Shown here: positions 24,953 to 32,520 of the stretch, piece by piece
How the letters are laid out: each line of letters opens with the position of its first letter
Position numbering within the stretch: the first letter of the stretch is position 1
Program-made: the position numbers and the translations under genes
DNA from: Neolecta irregularis DAH-3
Lineage: Eukaryota
Assembly: GCA_001929475.1 (NCBI GenBank)
Contig: LXFE01004361.1
Coordinates: 1-32,520, forward strand
DNA: 32,520 nucleotides
Direction: 5' to 3'
The notes under the pieces: generated by a model
Told to the model about the DNA's origin: nothing
Databases searched by the model: none
Seen by the model: the letters and a program-made list of their open reading frames with translations, nothing else

Positions 24953-25179
24953 CCTGAAAAAAGCTTTCAGCCCAAGAATGGTACACAGTTTACGTCAAAG
25001 TGCAAACCACGCTGTTTTACCTCGCGAATCATTGATATCTAACCATATTCAACACGCAAAAAAGAATATTCTACCTAAACACCGAAAGAAAGCATAGCAG
25101 GAAGACGAAAGCGATTCAAGAACCAATCTCCACTCCTGCAAATGTCCCCTAACTGTGAATTTCATCTTGAAAATGTATG

Positions 25180-27404
25180 TTATACCCGTAGATGTTTGAT
25201 CTCCGTCATCGAGTCGTTTGGATCATCTTCATCATCATTTATCTCCCTGACTTCCTGTAGTATCTGGGCAGTAGAGTTTCTGCGTAGAGACATGTCAGAG
25301 AGCCCCTCAAGCCAACCCTGTCGTAAATCCGTGTCATTCCAAAGTTCAGCAAGCCGATGACGATATATATCCCCAAAAGAAAGTCCTAGTCTTTCGACTT
25401 TATCGAACAAGCAACGGACCCAAGAACGTAGGTCCAAGTCGTTTGTAAGACATATGGCGGCCACGCTATTCGTGAGAATTAAGGGAGAAAGTGGGCCAAC
25501 CAGAGATTGTGAGCGATTGCAACCAGGACCGAAGGACAATTTAAATCCGGGGAATCTAAACCAGCTACTATTTGGCATATTTTAAATGCGTAGTGGGAAG
25601 CGCGAGTGGACTCGGTAGAACTTTTGGAAAAAGAAGCCCCAACAGGTGTTGAAATTTGGAGCAAATAACTCCTCACAGTCCAGTAATCCAGCATCGATAC
25701 TCCCCTAAATCGTTAGCATTCATCAAGATGAAAAGAATTGTACATTTGCCAATGTTTATACCGAACCGGCTGGATGGGACAGCCGTAATTTACGGTCACC
25801 GTTTCTGGTGCATCTTCTTGTAGTAATTCTGGTGGGAGTTCATGGTACCATAGCAAGCAAAGCTCATCTAGGTTCTTGATTTGATGGAGTATATTTTCTG
25901 GTGTCAAGGTCCTTGCAACCGCACAAGCCGCTAGTTTAGCCGTTTGTAAAATGACATGTCGAAGGCGGGATTTTGCATATGCTGAGGAATAAGATATGAA
26001 GATCGTATCTAGCTGTACCAATTTCTTCGATTATGTCAGGGGGATTCTTTTCCGTGAGAGACTTTTCACGAGCTTTGTGGTCTCCGAGCCAGTAAACTTC
26101 ATCTGGGGTGTTGGGATTTGAAACAAAGTACAAATACCTAGTAGAGGAGGCTTTGCAGCAATGAGAGCACTTGATGCATCCATATGTGACAACCAAGAGA
26201 GTAGGGCTCGACCAATTGGATTCGATGTCCACGAGTGAGGCGTTCCAGTATCTGTGATAATTCGACAAGCACCAGCTAGATGTCGGTACCATTTTACGAA
26301 ATCTGCGAGGTATTCTGTTGAATCAACACCTGCGTGAGGAGGAGATACCTTCGTATAACGCCAGTGAAAGGACAGCAGCCAGTAGGAAATACTCCTGACC
26401 TTTGGTTCCAGCAGGAGATCTCAGTCCCTCCATAATCTCATTCACAGCCAAGTGATAAAACATCATGGCATATTCCAATTTGTTGATATCGTGAGTGACA
26501 CTATACAGCAATGCTGAGAACGCAACTCGAGAGTATAACAACGGTTGAGAGGTCTCTGCCATGGCCAATATTGTCCTCGAAAAGAAATGAACTTCATCAG
26601 TATCGACAAAGTGGTGGAAATGTGTGATGTACTTTACATGAAAGGCCATGAAAAACGATATTTGGTTTTTGTATTTGGGGTCGCCTCCAGGGAACGACGA
26701 AAGTGAGAAATGAGGAGAATCAAAAGGGAGACAGTAGTCGAATTGAGTCGCGGGAGATGATGGCAGGTCAATTGGAATATGCAGAGTTTGGCCGCCCAAT
26801 TCGTTTTGCTTAAAGACCCATCGCGAGGAATCTTTTGGGTTGTAGTCTTCAAGGATGCTGAGGGCTCTCTGGGTGCTTCGTTTGACGACTCGACCCGACG
26901 TTTTGGTTCCACCGGCCTTCAAGGAACCTTTCCTGGCTTTTACCAGGGCAGAGACTTTTGAGCAACTCGAGTCTCCCCGAGGAAAGTCCTCAGTATTCTG
27001 GCCGCGGGGGGTTTCGGGGTATAGCGGTCTTTCTGCGGGACTGGACAACTGAGCCAATGCTGGCGGGTCGGCATGTTTCCACACGCAGGTTCTGTTTCCC
27101 GGCTGGCAGTTCTTGCAGTTTGGCTTTTCCTCGCCGCACTACAGAATGCCATTAACACCACAGCATGCGCGAAGCAGGACACGCACCTTTACTCGCCGCT
27201 GGCGACATGTAAGACACCCCGACGTAAGCACGCGGACACGCAAAAGGAGATACCCGTTCTGCTTCGCCCACGCTTCTTGCCCTCGCTCGGCAGATCAGGC
27301 TCTTTTGGCCTGTCCGCCACGCCTGGGGGCAGCGCGAGATAGTGGCCAAAGGGCGCTGCGGGATTGTACGAGAGGGCGATGCGGGAGGACTGAGCCGGGG
27401 GCAT
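25180..27404 (-). CDS. Zn2Cys6 fungal transcription factor, 7 introns (the first needs a non-AG acceptor)
   Basis: KKRGRSRTG|CLTCRQRRVK|CGEEKPNCKNCQPGNRTC followed by a fungal TF middle region; all downstream exons join through 34-48 nt GT-AG introns. Confidence 0.82.
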
Positions 27405-27717
27405 GAAATGCGAAAACATGGATGCTCCAGCGAGCGACAGCAGTTTACAAGACACTCAAACACAAATGCGTCTTGGCTGGGACTGCTGAGGCAAACGGAG
27501 AGCCAGGGCAGGCGGTTGTGTTGCAGCTATATAAGCGCCGGCCAAGCAATCACGCGGAGCCGGACCCCAGCATGCTGCAATCTGAAGCTATTCCTCTCCG
27601 GCAGATGCCTAGTCTGGTCGGTGAGGAACGACAAGTGCGAACTGTGAGATGCAAATGCGTCGCTAGGCCCCATTAAAATGCAAACCACGCCATAAACACA
27701 AAAACCAGACAGTCATG

Positions 27718-30012
27718 TCACACAGCGCCTGCTTGCTCGTCCCTATTAATTTGCTGCACCCCAATGTTTCTACACAGCGGACAAGAATTACGCCCGGTTG
27801 TAAGCCACTATCAAATATCAGCCTCGTATTGACCGGCCACTTTACCTCATCAATACATTCGCGGTGGAAATAATGAGAACATTTCCCTAGCCGCCGCACT
27901 TGTTCGCCAGCTTCATAGTCGGACAGACAGACCTGGCATCGATCGTTCTCATGCACGACAGAATCCGAGTTGCCGACAATGGTAATGCCTCCAGCTGCAC
28001 TGACCTCTTCGGCAGACGCCACGGGCGGCTTTGCTTGGCCGATCAGAGAGCTTAGTAGAAGCATGTCTTCGTATGTTGGGGACTATCGTGATCAGCATGC
28101 GTAACAAACAAGGTTGAAGTGTACATCTGTAAACAAACTTGGCGTGGTGAGTATAGGGTGGTTCTCAGGGTAAGCTCCACCAAGCACATAGATTATCCAT
28201 GATCGAGTAGTTTGATCGTTGATAAGTCCAGATGGACGGAAAACTGGAGGCGAACGACCAAAAGGGACCGGAGGAATAGGACTTTGAGGCGGGGGCCCCT
28301 GTGGCGGGAAATTAGTGTCGTTTGTAGTTACCGGAAGCGCAGGTGGAGCAGGCGCGTGAGGATCCCAAGGAATTCCACTTTCAGAAAGCGAGACTTGTGA
28401 TTCTTCGGGAGAAGAAATAGCAAACTCGGGAGCATCGGCGAATTCATCATCTGTCGATTCACCTTCAGGTGTACTGGCGGGGCTTTCCCAGTAATCAGAG
28501 TTAACGCCGAGCATATCAGATGGAAATGATTGATTAGGAAGAGGGGGAGGCTGCGGTCCTCTAACGCGAGGAATGGCCCGTAATGGGGATGAATTAGATG
28601 CGACTGATGAAACTGACGGTGAAGAAACCTGAGTTGAGGTAGGATTGCCTCTCACTGGTCTCACCCTCTGGGAATTACTTCTTTGTATGGGTAGATTAGC
28701 CAAAGCGTCGAAAAATAGAGGAGTATCATTTGCCACAGGGCCGTTTGAGTCTCGAGGTGGTACCGACCGAATCCCAACAATAATGATAGGCACCATCCGC
28801 TGGGCTCCCTGCTGTCCTTCAATTTGCTGAGTGCTTGAGGCAAAACGAAACATTCGGAAAAAATTAAGGGGCGGCAGGTCCCCTTCCATCGTCTCAGAAG
28901 TAGATGCAGAAGTGCCAGTTAATTCTCGACCGCCATTTCGCAAAGCAGCGGCTAGCCGACCATTTTGAAGAGCTCGCAAGAAGCTTTCAAAGCTGCCATC
29001 GAGAAGAGAGTCATTATTTGAAGGAGCGGGCGGCTCTGACTGTTCAGAAGAGTTGCCAACCAAAGATGCTGCGGTGGCGCTCGCTGCGACAGACAGCAAG
29101 CGAGATAACATCGCAGCTTGGTCTTCACCAGGACGAAGCTGTGCGTCACCAAAACTTGTACTTTGTTGATGAGTTGGCCCATCTTGAGTGGACGCTCTAG
29201 AACTATTCCGATCGTCGCTGAAATATCGTGGTGGTCGGGGGGCGTGGGAGCTTCTCATGAGATGTCTGCGACTAGGACTTTCCCAGGTGGCGAGTTCTCC
29301 GCTTTCGCTAGATGAATTTGAGCCCCTAGTTGTGATTTCAAGGCGTCCATCGTGATCTCGATCTGCTGTGCGAGGCCTTGTGGGCTGTACAGACACGTTT
29401 GACGAGGAATTATTAAGTTCTCGCCATGTGGCCGCAAGATTTGTTGTAATGGAATGTCTGACCCTGGCTATCCTGCTTCTTACAGCAGGCTCCGTTACAA
29501 GATTAGATGCGGCACTGCGGTTACTCATTGGAGGAAGAGATGCTCTTCGCTGTTGCCTGGTTAGATCATTTCGGTTTCTCAATCTTTCCAAAAATCTCGA
29601 GTCCATTCCTCCCAATCTCGTTGAAGCTCTGCGAGATATTTGTGGACTGGGGTTGACTACCACTCGGCTGTTACGACGGGGGTTTAAACGTTCTATCATG
29701 CGAAATCGTTGTTCTCTCCGCCTATTGGCTATCAGGTCCAAATCCGAGAGTTCAGGGACGTCGGGCATAGGAGTATCTTCGCTGATTGTNNNNNNNNNNA
29801 TTTAAACGTTCTATCATGCGAAATCGTTGTTCTCTCCGCCCATTGGCTATCAGGTCCAAATCCGAGAGTTCAGGGACGTCGGGCATAGGAGTATCTTCGC
29901 TGATTGTAGAAGGCGGATGCGGCCGATTAGGAAGCATATTTCGTCTCCTTCGTGATGTGACTCTGTTTGGCCGGGGAGAGGAGTTTGCAGGCGAGGATGA
30001 AATTTGACCCAT
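27718..30012 (-). CDS. RING-H2 E3 ubiquitin ligase, 2 introns; interrupted by an assembly gap
   Basis: SWIIYVLGGAYPENHPIL, PTYEDMLLLSSLIG, CQVCLSDY...CSHYFHRECIDEWL...SCPLC; N-terminus MGQISS. Confidence 0.88.
29683..29907. other. Scaffold gap (10 N, 29790-29799) flanked by a 107-bp [17 protein letters not shown]
   Basis: 29683-29789 equals 29801-29907 with one mismatch; collapsing the two copies gives one continuous ORF. Confidence 0.9.
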
Positions 30013-30603
30013 GTTTGATGTCGCCGAGGGACGATCGAATTATATGCGATTTGTAGCCTAGATGAAGACCAGCAAGTAGAGATGGCAAAGGATCTGCCGA
30101 TCAGCAGCTCGTACGGCGGAAGGCGAAAACCCTAAAAGATGGGTTTGATAATGCGTATAGTAAGGAGCGTACTCCAGGGTTTATTAGAGAGGGAAAGGCC
30201 GGGCGATGAAGTTCTAAAAAAGCAGCACAGCTACCACACGCCTCCTCCGCAGAGACAGGCAGAATAGTGGAGATGGGGTGGTGTTTGGTTATTTACTGGT
30301 TTAGGGACGGGGCCGACTGGTGGAGAGGCGATGGAATGCCAACCTCCCATGGGACTGGGCTGATTGTCGGTGGTCACTCATAAAAGAAGCTGTCAGCAGA
30401 GATAATTAATGAAATATTTGCGCCGAATAAAAGACTCTTTGACCTCCCATTTTTAACGCCGGGCTCCAGAGCATGAAACCCCCAAGACTGAACCAGCCAG
30501 ATGTTCACAAGAAAGAACAAATAAAGACAGCAACGCCCAAAAAAAATGTAGACAATGGCAAAAGTAGTGTGCTGGCGCCAGCAGGTGTCGTGGATACATG
30601 GCT

Positions 30604-30919
30604 CTATGACACCAGCGTAACTCGATGACTACTAGCTCCGCTCCTTTGAACGAAAACGCCTTAGCTACTTCAACAGGATCCAGAACAATGAGACGTACTT
30701 GGCTGGTGCCAGCATGTAGAACTGTTCTGAGCCATCGGCTTTTTTCCCGCCAACGTATATTTTTTCGCTGGAGGCGGGCTCAAAGCCGCCGGACGAGGCC
30801 GAGCTGCAGCTGTTGCGGCGGGGTGAAGGCGCAGGATACTTTTGATGCAGGGCAGAATGGGCGGAGCGGGCACGGAGGGAAGAGAAGATCGAAGCCATAA
30901 ATGGTTTGTGCGACGGCAT
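30604..30919 (-). CDS. Small conserved fungal protein of unknown function, 1 probable intron
   Basis: MPSHKPFMASIFSSLR...RRNSCSS...EKIYVGGKKADGSEQFYML, followed by a GTACGT donor; the 3' exon is uncertain. Confidence 0.6.
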
Positions 30920-31226
30920 GCTGCTGGTGACCGGGTGTGGCTGCGGCCTGCATTTCGTTTGAGGTTTTGTCCCGACTCGGAAGTAACCGGAAGCCCTATT
31001 CCGGTCCGTCCCGAATACGTCTACCCACCCACTCACTGCTCCCCAGACAGGTGCTGCTGGCTACAACACCGAGAATTGGACGCATAATAACAGATGCGCC
31101 TGAATATTCCGCGGGTAAGTGCATATATCCCATAAATTCGGCATTCGCTGGCACGGCAGCAGCACGCGCGCTTCGGATTCCGAGAAACACCGCCCGATCC
31201 CAAAACACGCCCATATATTTTGCCGA

Positions 31227-32520
31227 ATGCGCATCGAGGAATTGATCATTGACGGGTTCAAGTCCTATGCAGTTAGAACCGTCATCGCAAACTGGGATTC
31301 CGCATTCAATGCCATCACTGTGCTTCTCACGCCACTAATCTCTCGCGCGCTAACCCAATCGCAGGGCTTAAACGGCAGCGGCAAGTCAAATATACTCGAT
31401 TCAATATGCTTCGTCCTAGGCATCACCAACATGAGTACTATGCGCGCGGCAAATCTACAGGACTTGATTTACAAGCGAGGTGCCATTGGTGCTGTCGACC
31501 ATGACTGATCTTTCAAGGCCAGGCCGGCGTCACAAAAGCCAGTGTAACTATAGTTTTTGACAACAAAGACACAAAGAACAGTCCCATTGGGTTTGAAGAA
31601 TATTCTCAAATCAGTGTAACGAGGCAAGTCGTCATGGGTGGTCAATCGAAATATTTGATCAACGGTCATCGAGCTCAACAGCACACAGTTCAAAATCTTT
31701 TTCAGTCAGTTCAACTAAACATCAACAATCCCAACTTTTTAATCATGCAAGGGAAAATCACAAAGGTACTCAATATGAAACCGGTAGAAATTCTCGCAAT
31801 GATCGAAGAAGCAGCTGGCACTCGAATGTTTGAAGATCGCAAAGATAAAGCATTTAAAACCATGGCGAAGAAAGATAAAAAGGTCGAAGAGATCAACGCC
31901 TTGTTAGCGGAAGAAATTGAACCTAAACTCGAAAAACTTCGAAATGAGAAACGTGCATTTCTCGAATTTCAACAGACTCAGTCGGACCTCGAACGATTAA
32001 CAAAAGTTGTCATCGCACACGATTACTTGAAATTTCAGGATCGCCTGAACCGGTCTGGTGCTGATCTGGATGAAAAAAAGAATAGAATTCTGGCAATTGA
32101 GGAGAATATGAGCCAAAAGAAGAACGAAATCTCTCATATCGAAAGAGATGTTCGGCGTGTCAATCAAGAACGCGAGAAAGAGGCCAAGAAAGGAGGGCGC
32201 TTTCAAGCATTGGAAACTAAAGTCAAAGAAACGAGTCATGAACTCGTCAGGATAAACACTGTAGTCGAACTCAAAGAAAGTACGATTGCCGAAGAGCAAG
32301 ATCGAATCCAAAAAATTAGGGAAGCCATACGACTGGTGTGTTCAATGCCATACTAGACTGACTTGAACAGCTCACAGAATCTCTCCAACAGAAAACCCTC
32401 GAATATCAACAAATGAAACTCTCCTACGAAAAGCTAAAATCAGAATTCGATGCCCAACAACAGCAAGTATCGTCGAAAGAAGAGTTATTGCAAACTCTAA
32501 TTACTGGAGTGGCTGCAAAG
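31227..32520 (+). CDS. SMC2: Condensin subunit SMC2 (Cut14), 5' part
   Basis: [64 protein letters not shown]. Confidence 0.97.

Noticed and set aside
27219-27253. A-to-I RNA editing as the repair for the odd splice sites
   Set aside because: A-to-I reads as A>G and cannot turn CGG into CAG or GG into GT.
29683-29907. Apparent 107-bp tandem duplication or split RING gene
   Set aside because: The copies flank a 10-N gap, typical of an unmerged contig overlap.
30960-31226. CGG/CCG-rich repeats and ACGCG upstream of SMC2
   Set aside because: The motifs are too short and degenerate to assign.

Overview
Gene-dense fungal nuclear DNA. The gene set and compact, intron-rich layout suggest an early-diverging ascomycete (Taphrinomycotina, Neolecta-like); this is inference, not a database match. 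I traced about 20 protein-coding genes by hand: creA/Mig1 (truncated, missed by the ORF track), Rab GDI, MRPL4, an Hva1/DUF2945-like protein, an orphan, Def1, PGM, class II FBA, a BRD8/Bdc1-like bromodomain protein, PET117, a PARP-type Zn finger protein, NUS1, VMA7, NPC2, OLE1, a Tda10-like kinase, a Zn2Cys6 factor, a RING-H2 ligase, a small conserved protein and SMC2 (truncated). There is also a decayed RSE1/SF3B3 fragment and a 10-N gap with an overlap artefact. The most striking signal is splicing. About 75 inferred introns are mostly 32-46 nt, with very degenerate donors and branch points, three required GC-AG introns, and AAG/GAG acceptors. At two sites a conserved protein motif is restored only by a non-canonical GG-AG intron (FBA) or GT-GG intron (Zn2Cys6). 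All splice models come from reading-frame and motif logic and need RNA-seq confirmation.
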